NCBI GenBank assembly: GCA_040755995.1
Contig: JBFMAF010000049.1
Span: forward strand, 64,001 to 128,000
Length of the DNA stretch: 64,000 nt
Direction: 5' to 3'
Origin: Acidobacteriota bacterium
Lineage (GTDB): Bacteria; Acidobacteriota; CAIWXX01
In this document: in pieces, positions 1 to 9,518 of the stretch
Numbering within the stretch: position 1 is the stretch's first letter
Layout: each line of letters opens with the position of its first letter
Made by a program: the position numbers and the translations under genes
The notes under the pieces: model-generated
The model's input: the letters and a program-made list of their open reading frames with translations, nothing else
Told to the model about the DNA's origin: nothing
The model's database searches: none

Positions 1-2
1 AC

Positions 3-1391
3 TACGAGCGCGCGGTATGGGCGCACCGCGAGAAGTGGCGCGGGGACGACGGGCTGTGCGGAGCGCGATCGCCGGGAGAGCTCAGCCTGTGGAGGTCCTC
101 GCTGTCGGCCACAGCGGAGTTGCAAGCGTGGCTTCGAGACAGCGGCTGCTCCTACGAGCACCTGTCGGCTGCGTTTGTCCTCAGCCCTCCCGCACAGCGC
201 CTGTTCGTCGCCGCGGCCCGGGCCGGTGCCAGCGCGAGCGAGATGCGCCTGATCTCCACGGCGATGCGGGAGCTGCAGAACAGCGGACGACTGGATCTGT
301 CGCGTCTCGAGCTCGAACTGAGCTCTGGTCTGAAGGCTCTCCGCAACTGCCTCGACGCCGAGTCGAGCAGGATTGACTCACCAGAGACCCCCGGCAGCCC
401 GGCCGACGACACGGCAGCGCAGGGGGCAGTTCCGGACCGCGACCGGCGTTCGACGGCATGGCCTCGCTGTGTGCTTGTCGAGCGCGCTGCAGTGGACCGG
501 ATGTCGGCCGCCGCCATTCCGTTTGGCGCGCGCGAGTTCGACTCGAGGACATGCTTGCCGGCGACACCGATTGCGGCGCAGAAGCGCGAACTGGTGCTGG
601 CGGTGCAGAAGGGGCCGTTCGTGCGAGCACTACAGCGGGACTACTACCGGGGACGAGATGTGGGGCTGCTGGAGCTCGGCGAGGGTTGTCCGATGGACTG
701 CGTATACTGTTACTTGCAGACGTATCTGCGGTCGCAGCGCCCGGTGGCGTTCGTGAACTTCGCCGATTGTACCCCGGCGATCATGGGAGCTCCGCACGAT
801 CTCCTGTGCACCGGGATGCTCTCGGACAGCCTCGTTCTGGACCGATTTCTCCGATTCATCGAGTTTCTGGAGGACTTGCCGGCGGGTCGCGGGCCGTCGG
901 TGGAAGCGCGCACGAAGTCGCCGGATGTGGGCCACCTGCAGCCCGCGCGCGCGCGTCGTGTGATTCTGAGCTGGTCGCTGTCGCCCGAGGAGATCGTCGC
1001 TCAGTATGAGTTCGGTGCGGCGTCGCTGACGCAGCGTCTCGATGCCGCGCGGCACGCGTGGGGCCTCGGCTATCGGATCGCCTTCCACCTCGATCCGGTT
1101 CTCCTGGTCGACGGTTGGGCTCGATTGTACGCCGGCGTGATCGAGAGGCTCCTGGGGCTGTCGTTCCGCCCGGAGTACGTCACGATCGGATCGCTCAAGC
1201 TGGAGCCGAAGTTGCGCACAGCGATCGGGAGAAGATTCCCGCGCCGCACGGGGTTCCTCCGCGCCCTGGAGCTCTGTGCAGACGGAAAGTACCGCTACGC
1301 CGGCCCCATGCGTGAGGCCATGTACGCGGCGCTCCGCCGCCCGCTCGCGGCGGCCGGTATCCCGATCCTGCTGTCGATGGAGCCCTGCTAG
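3..1391 (+). CDS. Spore photoproduct lyase-like radical SAM protein with long N-terminal extension (5' partial)
   Basis: CPMDCVYCYLQ motif, RTKS, SWSLSP, AFHLDPV, DGKYRY; the frame has no stop from base 3, so the gene probably starts upstream of the window. Confidence 0.75.
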   Translation, partial: YERAVWAHREKWRGDDGLCGARSPGELSLWRSSLSATAELQAWLRDSGCSYEHLSAAFVLSPPAQRLFVAAARAGASASEMRLISTAMRELQNSGRLDLSRLELELSSGLKALRNCLDAESSRIDSPETPGSPADDTAAQGAVPDRDRRSTAWPRCVLVERAAVDRMSAAAIPFGAREFDSRTCLPATPIAAQKRELVLAVQKGPFVRALQRDYYRGRDVGLLELGEGCPMDCVYCYLQTYLRSQRPVAFVNFADCTPAIMGAPHDLLCTGMLSDSLVLDRFLRFIEFLEDLPAGRGPSVEARTKSPDVGHLQPARARRVILSWSLSPEEIVAQYEFGAASLTQRLDAARHAWGLGYRIAFHLDPVLLVDGWARLYAGVIERLLGLSFRPEYVTIGSLKLEPKLRTAIGRRFPRRTGFLRALELCADGKYRYAGPMREAMYAALRRPLAAAGIPILLSMEPC

Positions 1392-2551
1392 AAACCTGAT
1401 GCCGCGGCGAAGTCTTTCAGCAGCGTCCGGGCGATGACCAGGCGCTGGATCTCGGATGTGCCCTCGCCGATGGTCATGAGTTTACTATCCCTGTAGTAAC
1501 GCTCCACCGGGTATTCCTTGATGTACCCGTAACCTCCATGGATCTGAACCGCGTCGTTGGAGACGCGCACGGCGGTCTCGCCGGCGAAGAGCTTGGCCAT
1601 GGCCGACTGGCGCGTGGTGCTCCTGCCCGTGTCCTTCCAGGCTGCGGCCCGCATGATCAGCATCCTCGCGGCCTCGACACGCGCGTGCATGTCGGCCAGC
1701 ATGAACTGGATCGCCTGCAGATTGGCGATGGGCGCGCCGAACTGCTCGCGCGTCTTCGCATAGGCCAGGGCGGCTTCGTAGGCCGCGCGGGCGATGCCGA
1801 GCCCGAGGGCGGCGATGCTGATGCGGCCGCCGTCGAGCACCTCGAGGCAATCGCGGAAGCCCTGGCCTTCCTCGCCCACCAGGTTCTCCAGCGGCACGCG
1901 GCAGTTGTCGAAGACGAGCTCGCTGGTGTCCGACGCGCGGTGTCCCAGCTTGTTCTCCTTCTTGCCGGCGTGGAAACCCGGAGTGCCTTTCTCGACGACG
2001 AAGGCCGAGATGCCCCTGTGCCCCCGGCCGGGGGTCGTCACGGCGACGAACACGGCGATCTCTCCGACCGAGCCGTGCGTGATGAATGTCTTGCTGCCGT
2101 TGATGACCCACTCGCCACCATCGCGCACGGCCGTGGTGCGCGTGCCGCCCGCGTCGGACCCCGCGGAGCTCTCGGTGAGGCCCCAAGCGCCGAGCTTTCT
2201 GCCGCTCGCGAGGTCCGGCAGGTATCGCCGCTTCTGCTCATCCGAGCCGAACAGGCACAGGTGGTTCGTGCAGAGCGAATTGTGGGCCGCCACGGTGATC
2301 CCCATCGACGCATCGCCTGCCGAGATTTCTTCGACGATCGTCGCGTAGTCAACGTAGCTCAGGTTCGCTCCGCCGTACTCCTCGGGAACGAGGACGCCGA
2401 GGAACCCGAGGTCGCCCATCTTGCGCACCGTCTCCCACGGGAACTCCTGCTTCTCATCCCACGCCGCCGCCTTCGGTCTTATCTCCTTCTCGACAAACTC
2501 GCGCGCGACGTTGCGCAGGCTCTTGGTCTCTTCAGACAGGCTAAAGTCCAC
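1388..2551 (-). CDS. Acyl-CoA dehydrogenase
   Basis: WGLTESSAGSD, NGSKTFIT, QIHGGYGY, IGEGTSEIQ motifs; GGAGG RBS. Confidence 0.95.
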   Translation of the reverse strand: MDFSLSEETKSLRNVAREFVEKEIRPKAAAWDEKQEFPWETVRKMGDLGFLGVLVPEEYGGANLSYVDYATIVEEISAGDASMGITVAAHNSLCTNHLCLFGSDEQKRRYLPDLASGRKLGAWGLTESSAGSDAGGTRTTAVRDGGEWVINGSKTFITHGSVGEIAVFVAVTTPGRGHRGISAFVVEKGTPGFHAGKKENKLGHRASDTSELVFDNCRVPLENLVGEEGQGFRDCLEVLDGGRISIAALGLGIARAAYEAALAYAKTREQFGAPIANLQAIQFMLADMHARVEAARMLIMRAAAWKDTGRSTTRQSAMAKLFAGETAVRVSNDAVQIHGGYGYIKEYPVERYYRDSKLMTIGEGTSEIQRLVIARTLLKDFAAASGF

Positions 2552-2823
2552 GGGGCCTCCTTCGATTGCTGCTCGATACGGAATGCGGTGCGACGAATCG
2601 AAGCGCGGGGACCGGCAAGCCAGCGATAATCGCTCGAATGAATCCTCGAATCCCGAGATGAACTCTCAGCATCTGCGCCCCTTTCGTCGCCATAATTACG
2701 ACGACGGAATAAGAGACGCATTCTATTTCGCGTCCCGCAGACCGTCAAGGATGGCGGCCATGCCACCATCCCCGCTTGAGAAGTCCTGACGCGAAGCGCC
2801 GTGCGACAGCGGCCGGGCGCTGC

Positions 2824-3237
2824 CTACTTCACTTTCGTCACGGGCTGGTCTGGATGGGCCGGGTTCGGCATGAGGCGGCCCGAGGTGCAATCGACCAGAA
2901 GGTCCAGCTTCTCCAGGACGGTCTGACCGATGAGGACCTCGTCACCGAGGACGAGGGCCTCTTCGATGGTGTCGCGGCCGCCGATATCTACGACGATCGG
3001 CTCGGTGACATCGACGGGTTCTTTCCGGCCGTCAGCGTACTCAGCGACGCGGCGTCCGCGCGAGGCCAGGCCCAGGCTCGCCATGACCTGCGGCGGGATA
3101 ACGAGGCGAACGGATCCGGTATCAATCAACGCATCCGCGACGATATGACGCACCTTCTCATCAGGTATCTCACGGACCCGAGCTCGAGCCTCGTCAAGAG
3201 CATTGACGAGCCGGACCTTGACACGCACTTCCCCCAT
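2824..3237 (-). CDS. Clan AA (retropepsin-like) aspartic protease, AF_0612 type
   Basis: MGEV start after GGAGG, ALIDTGS catalytic motif, LIGQTVLEKLDL. Confidence 0.8.
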   Translation of the reverse strand: MGEVRVKVRLVNALDEARARVREIPDEKVRHIVADALIDTGSVRLVIPPQVMASLGLASRGRRVAEYADGRKEPVDVTEPIVVDIGGRDTIEEALVLGDEVLIGQTVLEKLDLLVDCTSGRLMPNPAHPDQPVTKVK

Positions 3238-3350
3238 CTGATGCCCCGCCTCCAGTTTGAGTTCTGGTCCGATGCCGCAAGCGAGATCTTGCGGAACCGT
3301 TCCGGCTGCCTGTTCCATGAAACCCTCTATGACCGGTGCTTCTCGAGTTC

Positions 3351-3380
3351 AATATAGCGGCTTCCGTCTGCTGCGGTCAA
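3351..3380 (-). promoter_or_regulatory. Putative sigma70 promoter for the aspartic protease gene
   Basis: TTGACC-N18-TATATT on the minus strand. Confidence 0.45.
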
Positions 3381-3548
3381 GGACGCCATCGGACTGGCCG
3401 ACTGGATGGTCTTTCCCCGCTAGTCCGACTCACTCGAACGCGCGTGGGCGCAGCTCGCGGCAAGTCCGGGCACGCCGGCCAACCCGCACGCGGTTGACGC
3501 AACGGCGTGGGCTATCGGATGATGATGGTGGAGCCGAGGAGGTCCACA

Positions 3549-4373
3549 ATGAGCGCGTTCGATGGCAGAGTCGCGTTGATTACGGGTGCGTCATCAGGGA
3601 TCGGAGCAGCGTTGGCACGAGAGCTCGCCCGTCAGGGAGCCTCGCTGGCGCTGTTGGCACGGCGAACCGACCGCTTGGAGTCGCTGGCGGAGGAGATCCG
3701 GGGCATGGGACGCAGGGCGATCTCCGTCACGTGCGACGTGAGCCGCGACGACGATATCAATCGCGCCGTTGGACTCGTGCTCGCCGATCTCGGCCAGATC
3801 GACGTCGCAGTGGCCAACGCAGGGTTCGGGGTGGTCGGGCGTATCGAACGTCTCGCGGTAGAGGACTTCAAGCGGCAGTTCGAGGTGAACGTGTTCGGTG
3901 TGCTGCGAACCTTGTGGGCAACGCTCCCTGAGCTCAAGCGGCGGCAAGGTACGTTCGTCATGGTCGGCAGCGTGGCCGGCTACCTGCCGGGGCCGCGCAC
4001 GTCAGCCTACGCATCCAGCAAGGCCGCAGTGCACAGCCTGTCCGCGTCGCTCTGCGCCGAGCTCGCCTCGGACGGTGTTGCCGTCGTGCTGATTTCGCCA
4101 GGGTACGTGACGAGTGAGATCCGGCAGGTCGACAACCTGGGCCGGTTTCATGCCGAGGCCCCTGACCCTGTCCCCAGGTGGCTCGCAATGCACGCCGATG
4201 TCGCCGCTAAGAAGATAGCCCGCGGAATCGCGCGCAAGCGCCGCGAGGTCGTGGTCACGCTGCACGGCAAGCTGGCCGTGTTTCTGGCCAGGCACGCATT
4301 CTGGCTCCTGGCTGCCCTCTCTCGTAGCCGTCGCCGGCCGCGGCACGAACCCGGCCGCGCCGACGAGGCGTGA
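3549..4373 (+). CDS. Short-chain dehydrogenase/reductase
   Basis: TGASSGIG, ANAG, YASSK; GAGGAGG RBS before ATG 3549. Confidence 0.92.
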   Translation: MSAFDGRVALITGASSGIGAALARELARQGASLALLARRTDRLESLAEEIRGMGRRAISVTCDVSRDDDINRAVGLVLADLGQIDVAVANAGFGVVGRIERLAVEDFKRQFEVNVFGVLRTLWATLPELKRRQGTFVMVGSVAGYLPGPRTSAYASSKAAVHSLSASLCAELASDGVAVVLISPGYVTSEIRQVDNLGRFHAEAPDPVPRWLAMHADVAAKKIARGIARKRREVVVTLHGKLAVFLARHAFWLLAALSRSRRRPRHEPGRADEA

Positions 4374-4383
4374 CGGCGCGGTC

Positions 4384-6312
4384 TCAGACGCGAGGGGAGT
4401 CGCCGACACTATCACCGCGCCCGTTTTCCCCGGTGCCGGCTCGCACTGATGTTCTGATCGGAGCCGGAGCCGGCAGCTGCCGCATTGGCCACATCCGGTC
4501 ACGGGCAATCGGGGTCAAACCGCCGGGCTGCAGTTGTAGCGAGCTTGGGTCAGGAAGAAGCCGTTCCTCCTTCTTGCCATCCGGCCGGAGACTCAGCGTC
4601 TCGGCGAGCGCTGCCTGGTAGTCCTCTTCGGTGATGGCGTCGACAGAGCGCAGCTTGGCGAGGACTGCGGTCACCAGCCACTCGAACGAAGGGGACAGCA
4701 CCCCGCCGGCGAACGAATGCTGGTACTTGATGGGTCCTGGGATGAGTGCGACGAGGAAGGCCATCTCTTTCGGGCTGAGCTCGGAGGGCTCCTTCCCGAA
4801 GTAGTGGCGCGAAGCAGGACGCAGGCCGTAGATGCCCGGTCCCCATTCGATGACGTTGAGATAGATCTCGAGGATGCGCTGCTTGCTGAGTGTGGTCTCC
4901 ATCAGCAGCGTCAGAGCCAGCTCCTGCAGCTTCCGGCTGATGCTCTTCTCGCGCGAGAGAAACAGGTTCTTGGCCAGTTGCTGCGAGATCGTCGAGGCGC
5001 CGCGGGCGCTTGTGCCGCGCTGCCAGTTGGTCGCGAGAGCGACCGGAATCTCGTTCAGGTCGAACCCCCTGTGCCCGTAGAAGTCGGAGTCTTCCGATAG
5101 CAGCAGCGCACGGAGGAACAACGGTGGAACATCCGACAAGGGGATGAAGTCCGGCGATTCGGGTGAAACGTTGATCCTGTGCCGCTTGCCGTCCGCCGCC
5201 AGCGCCTGGTGGACGAACGGGCCGCGCAGACGTTCGATTGCAGGCAGCCGACGGCTGGGTGGGATGAACATCAGATGGTGCGACACCGAAAAGGAACTCG
5301 GGTCCTGCATCCGGCCCGCAACGTGAGCATCGAGCGACGCGACCCCTAATTCATCCGCACCAGCCGGGAGATCGAGGCCGGCCGTCGCCAGCAGCTCCGC
5401 CAGATCCACATGCCCTACATCGAATGCCAGATCGACCTCGGGATCTTCAAGGCCCCCACGCAACCGTCCTTTGCAGGAGACCGCGGTCTTTCCAACGATC
5501 ATGCGCAACCGCTGAACGGACAGCGTGCCGTGGCTCCGGCTCAAGCCAGCGGCGAGACTGATCTCGATATTCGTCGGGGTGCCCGCGCCGCGACGGTTCT
5601 CGTGGTCGCCTCCGTCCGGGCGCGCCGCGGCGGCGGGCGCATCGTCGAGCGGGAGGAGGGCCAGCTGAGCTCCGCGTGTGCTTGCGTGGAGACTCACCCC
5701 AACCTCACCGCTCAGATCGGTCCCGGCCGCGTGTGCCTCGCAGGCGACACGGCCTGGATGAATGAGGAGCTTGTCGTCCAACTGAATCTGGACAAGCCTC
5801 GAAAGGTCCACGTCACGCAGGCGCAGGTCGAGCGTCCTGCGGCCAGCGTCCTCCTGCCACTCTATCCAAACCTGCTCGCCGCCCGAATCCGAACGCCTCA
5901 TGCTGATCTCGCCATTGTTGCGAACCAATTCCCACGACGACGGCTGAAGCTCGATCCGGAGACCTCCTGGAAGCACGACCTGCGAGGGCCCGAGAGCGAC
6001 CTGCCATGCCGGACCGCCCAGCCCCCATGCCCACGGACGCATGCCGAAGCGGACTTCGCTGACCTCGAGTCGCACTCTGTGAGCCAAGTTCGCGACTACG
6101 ATCCCCTCCAGTGCGAGCAGCGGGTAGAATCCGGCGCTTACTGACGCAATCTGCGCCCCGAAGCCGCGTCGCAATGCCGCTGCGACAATGCGCTCCTCCA
6201 CAGCACGTTCGACGCACCTCTTGACTCCGGCAAACACCGCTGTGCCGGCCGTGGCGACACCGATCAGCGTCAGGAACCAGATCGTTTCCCGCCTAAGCCT
6301 CACCCGGTGCAT
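4384..6312 (-). CDS. Peptidoglycan transglycosylase (GT51, MtgA-like) with long N-terminal region
   Basis: SEDSDFYGHRG, GASTISQQLAKNLFL, RKLQE, EIYLN; N-terminal TM; no transpeptidase domain. Confidence 0.88.
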   Translation of the reverse strand: MHRVRLRRETIWFLTLIGVATAGTAVFAGVKRCVERAVEERIVAAALRRGFGAQIASVSAGFYPLLALEGIVVANLAHRVRLEVSEVRFGMRPWAWGLGGPAWQVALGPSQVVLPGGLRIELQPSSWELVRNNGEISMRRSDSGGEQVWIEWQEDAGRRTLDLRLRDVDLSRLVQIQLDDKLLIHPGRVACEAHAAGTDLSGEVGVSLHASTRGAQLALLPLDDAPAAAARPDGGDHENRRGAGTPTNIEISLAAGLSRSHGTLSVQRLRMIVGKTAVSCKGRLRGGLEDPEVDLAFDVGHVDLAELLATAGLDLPAGADELGVASLDAHVAGRMQDPSSFSVSHHLMFIPPSRRLPAIERLRGPFVHQALAADGKRHRINVSPESPDFIPLSDVPPLFLRALLLSEDSDFYGHRGFDLNEIPVALATNWQRGTSARGASTISQQLAKNLFLSREKSISRKLQELALTLLMETTLSKQRILEIYLNVIEWGPGIYGLRPASRHYFGKEPSELSPKEMAFLVALIPGPIKYQHSFAGGVLSPSFEWLVTAVLAKLRSVDAITEEDYQAALAETLSLRPDGKKEERLLPDPSSLQLQPGGLTPIARDRMWPMRQLPAPAPIRTSVRAGTGENGRGDSVGDSPRV

Positions 6313-6322
6313 GGTGCGGAAA

Positions 6323-7510
6323 TCAATAGTCGACTATTTCATAGTAGTATGGCGACTCGCCTATGTTGCCCCAGGCGTTCATGGTCGAGACATAGTCTTC
6401 CTTCAAGGCATTCATGACGGTGTTGTACTGGCTATCGCTCATCTCACCAGAGCTGCGGTAGGCGAGTGCCGCGGGTGGCGCCACGCCCGAGTAGTTCTGC
6501 GCCGGAGGGGCCTGCGCCGTGCGGGCGAACATCTGCTGCACCATCTGCTGCCGTTGTGCCAGCGCTGCCGTTTCCCAAGCGTGCCGGAAGTAGTTCCATA
6601 GAATCGACATGCTGCAGCAGAACTGCTTCTCCTGAAGGCTCATTTTCGGAAACCGAGCGGCGATCGACTCGATCGCCGATCGAGCCGATGCTTCGGTCCA
6701 TTGAATCAGCTGGCCGGAGCTTGCCTGCTGGATGAACGAGAGATAGGCGAGCAGCGCCTCGGCGTCCTCGCGCGTGAAGACCAGGTTGTTTGTATCATCC
6801 GACGCCAGCACATGCACGTGGTCGAAGAGCACGCGGAGGAAGATCGGTCTTTGCGTCGCGGGCATCGCTCGATCTGCCTTGTAGAACTCCACAACGAGCG
6901 CTTGCCGCAGAAGGCCGACCTGAAGTGGGTCGGTCACCTGGCGCAGAACCTGGATCGACTGGCCCAGCTTCTGCATCTCGCCGAGGAACCCGGCTGGGTT
7001 TTGCTGGAAATCCGAGACCGCCTGCTGAGTGAGGGCGTTCCTTTCCTGCTCGTTGAGCTGGGCATTGATGATGAATTGGAGTAGATGAATGCCAGTCTCC
7101 ACCGCCGTGGTGGTGAGAGTGAGGCCGCCCGCCGTGCAAAGCACGCCGCCTCCTGCCTGCTGCCGCTCCGGCAGCCGCAATCGCTGCCAGTAGATCATGG
7201 CTCCGTTGGCATCGGTGAAGATCATCTGATCTCCGCCCAGATTGACGAGGTAGGATGTGAGCATCCCCGAGGCGGCATCCTGGAAAGTGATGAGGCTTCC
7301 CTGCACTGCGTATCGGCCGCTCCACTGCCCGAAGAGGTATGTGCCGTCGGGGTTCAAGGTCATCTCGATCGAGAGCTGTGCCGCGCGCCAACTCCCAGTC
7401 AACGATTCCGCGCGCGCGGTCACCCCAGTCAGCAAAGCGCACACGAGCGCGCCCGCGACAACCGTCTGAAGGCGCGCCCTGCAACGGCCTCTATTGATCT
7501 CGCCGCTCAT
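6323..7510 (-). CDS. Exported hypothetical protein
   Basis: GGAGGAG RBS, signal peptide ending ARA-E, beta-rich N-domain then helical domain. Confidence 0.7.
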   Translation of the reverse strand: MSGEINRGRCRARLQTVVAGALVCALLTGVTARAESLTGSWRAAQLSIEMTLNPDGTYLFGQWSGRYAVQGSLITFQDAASGMLTSYLVNLGGDQMIFTDANGAMIYWQRLRLPERQQAGGGVLCTAGGLTLTTTAVETGIHLLQFIINAQLNEQERNALTQQAVSDFQQNPAGFLGEMQKLGQSIQVLRQVTDPLQVGLLRQALVVEFYKADRAMPATQRPIFLRVLFDHVHVLASDDTNNLVFTREDAEALLAYLSFIQQASSGQLIQWTEASARSAIESIAARFPKMSLQEKQFCCSMSILWNYFRHAWETAALAQRQQMVQQMFARTAQAPPAQNYSGVAPPAALAYRSSGEMSDSQYNTVMNALKEDYVSTMNAWGNIGESPYYYEIVDY

Positions 7511-7750
7511 CTGTCTCCTCCTCCAACAACTGTGCGTCGTAGCGTTCCGCATCGAGCCGCCCACGCCTCATGTCGAACCCCGTCAGTCGGGGAGATGGAC
7601 GGCGTTGAATCCACTTCGACTCCATCCTAGCCGTTCCCTCGCAACAGATCAACGGGATCTGCGCGCAGGGGAGCAGGGGTAGGGGTGCATTGCGACGCCC
7701 GCGCATTCGTGGTATTCCTTAGTCTGGACCCTCATTAGGGGAGGCGATCC

Positions 7751-7977
7751 GTGAGAGCTAAGTTGGTTCATACCGAAGTTAGCGAAGAAGGTGTCATTCA
7801 CATTGTGGATCCTGTGGTCCCTCCTGGTGAAGTGGATGTCTGGTGCTATTCGGGGAGATCGAATCCGCAATCGGGAGCGTGGAGCAACCTGCGGGCCCGC
7901 TCCCACTGGGCGGGTACCGGGTAGGTTGCCTGACACCGCACCAGCTGAGACGTGAAGCCATGTACGACGAAGGCTGA
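7751..7977 (+). pseudogene. Frameshifted putative antitoxin gene
   Basis: GGAGG + GTG; MRAKLVHTEVSEEG...GEVDV then a frame change near 7841 to VLFGE...LRREAMYDEG-stop; TGA overlaps the next ATG. Confidence 0.5.
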
Positions 7978-8051
7978 TGCCACAGAGGGTATTTCTCGAC
8001 ACAAACATCCTCGTCTATTCCAGGGAGTGGCAAAGTCTCTTGACCTCCTGA
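7977..8051 (+). pseudogene. Truncated PIN/VapC toxin N-terminus
   Basis: MPQRVFLDTNILVYS then a stop after 24 codons. Confidence 0.65.
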
Positions 8052-8194
8052 GACGTCCGGGAGCTCCGCCTCGCGCTGGCGTCGAGCCCGCGCAGCCACT
8101 ATTGTGGGCCTCATTTGCGAGAGGCCTGAGTCGCGCTACCTGCATGCGCAGGGATTGAGACTGCGTAGCCGCATTTACACCTGTTTACCCGTCG

Positions 8195-8222
8195 TTGACA
8201 ATCGCGGAGAGACTGGTAGACT
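8195..8222 (+). promoter_or_regulatory. Putative sigma70 promoter of the AmmeMemoRadiSam operon
   Basis: TTGACA-N16-TAGACT with TG extension. Confidence 0.5.
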
Positions 8223-8249
8223 CGGTAGTGATCCTTAGGATCACTCCCC

Positions 8250-9488
8250 ATGGCTACACGACGGGATTTCCTGAAATCATCCATCAGCCTCGTGCCAGTC
8301 CTGGGAGGCGCTGGGTATCTGCTGTCGCGGTACGGGCTTGTGCCGCTCCTCGGCAGCCCCGATCGCGCCGCGCATGCGGCGACAAGTCTTCAGGAGCTCA
8401 TCAAGGCCGCGCCGAAGGCTCGCTACTGGACGACGCCTGCGCTCGCGGGCCGCAATTGCGCCGCCTGCCACTCCGCCTCCGACGACGTCCAGGGCCGCAA
8501 GCACACGCATGCGCCCACACTCATCAAGTGCCTGCTCTGCGCACAGGGGTGCGCGCTCACCGACGGCGAGCGCGGCAAGTGCCGCGCGCGAATCAACGCC
8601 GGCGGCGAGATGCGCACGCTTGTCTACGGGCGCCCGATCACCGTTCACATCGATCCGATCGAGAAGAAGCCGCTGTATCATTTCCTGCCGGGCTCGGCCG
8701 CCTTCTCTCTGGCCACCTCCGGCTGCCCGCTCCGCTGCAAGTTCTGCCAGAACTGGGAGATCTCCCAGTGCATGCCCGAGGACTACGAGAGCCCGTACGT
8801 CGCGCCGGCTCAGGTCGCCACGGCCGCGTCCTCGAACAAGGCCCCGGTGATCGCTTTCACGTACAACGAACCCACGGTTTTCACCGAATACCTGACTGAC
8901 ATCGCGAGGGAGGCGAAGAAGCAGAAGGTCAGGTGCGTGCTCATCAGCTGCGGCTTCATGACCGAAGCGCCGCTTACCGAGATGTGCTCCGTCCTGGACG
9001 CGATCAAGATCGACCTGAAGGGGTTCAGCGAGAGCTTCTATCGGGAGGTGTCGAGCGCCGAGCTGAAGCCGGTGCTGAGAAGCATCAAGCAGGTGCACGC
9101 GAGCGGCGTGCACCTCGAGATCGTCAACCTCGTGGTACCGACCCTGAACGATTCGGAGAAGGCGCTGCGGGACCTTGCGGCGTGGGTCGTCGGCGAGCTC
9201 GGCCCGGACGTTCCCGTCCACTTCACTCGTTTCCATCCCGACTACCAACTCCTGAACCTGCCTCCGACTCCGGTCGCGACGCTGGAACACGCGCGATCGA
9301 TCGCCCTGGAGAAGGGCATGCACTATCCTTACGTCGGCAATGTCCCGGACCACGCGGGGAACAACACTTACTGCCCCGGGTGCAAGGAACTGATCATCGA
9401 GAGAAACGGCTTCTTCATCAGTCAGATGAACATGAAAGACGGGGCCTGCGCCTTCTGCCGTCACAAGATTGCGGGTGTGTGGCTCTGA
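8250..9488 (+). CDS. amrS: AmmeMemoRadiSam system radical SAM enzyme with Tat signal
   Basis: DPIEKKPLYHF, GCPLRCKFCQNWEISQ, TYNEP, HFTRFHP, NTYCPGC; N-terminal TRRDFLK. Confidence 0.92.
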   Translation: MATRRDFLKSSISLVPVLGGAGYLLSRYGLVPLLGSPDRAAHAATSLQELIKAAPKARYWTTPALAGRNCAACHSASDDVQGRKHTHAPTLIKCLLCAQGCALTDGERGKCRARINAGGEMRTLVYGRPITVHIDPIEKKPLYHFLPGSAAFSLATSGCPLRCKFCQNWEISQCMPEDYESPYVAPAQVATAASSNKAPVIAFTYNEPTVFTEYLTDIAREAKKQKVRCVLISCGFMTEAPLTEMCSVLDAIKIDLKGFSESFYREVSSAELKPVLRSIKQVHASGVHLEIVNLVVPTLNDSEKALRDLAAWVVGELGPDVPVHFTRFHPDYQLLNLPPTPVATLEHARSIALEKGMHYPYVGNVPDHAGNNTYCPGCKELIIERNGFFISQMNMKDGACAFCRHKIAGVWL

Positions 9489-9518
9489 GGGTTCCGACAC
9501 GATCATGGATGAGGTTCG

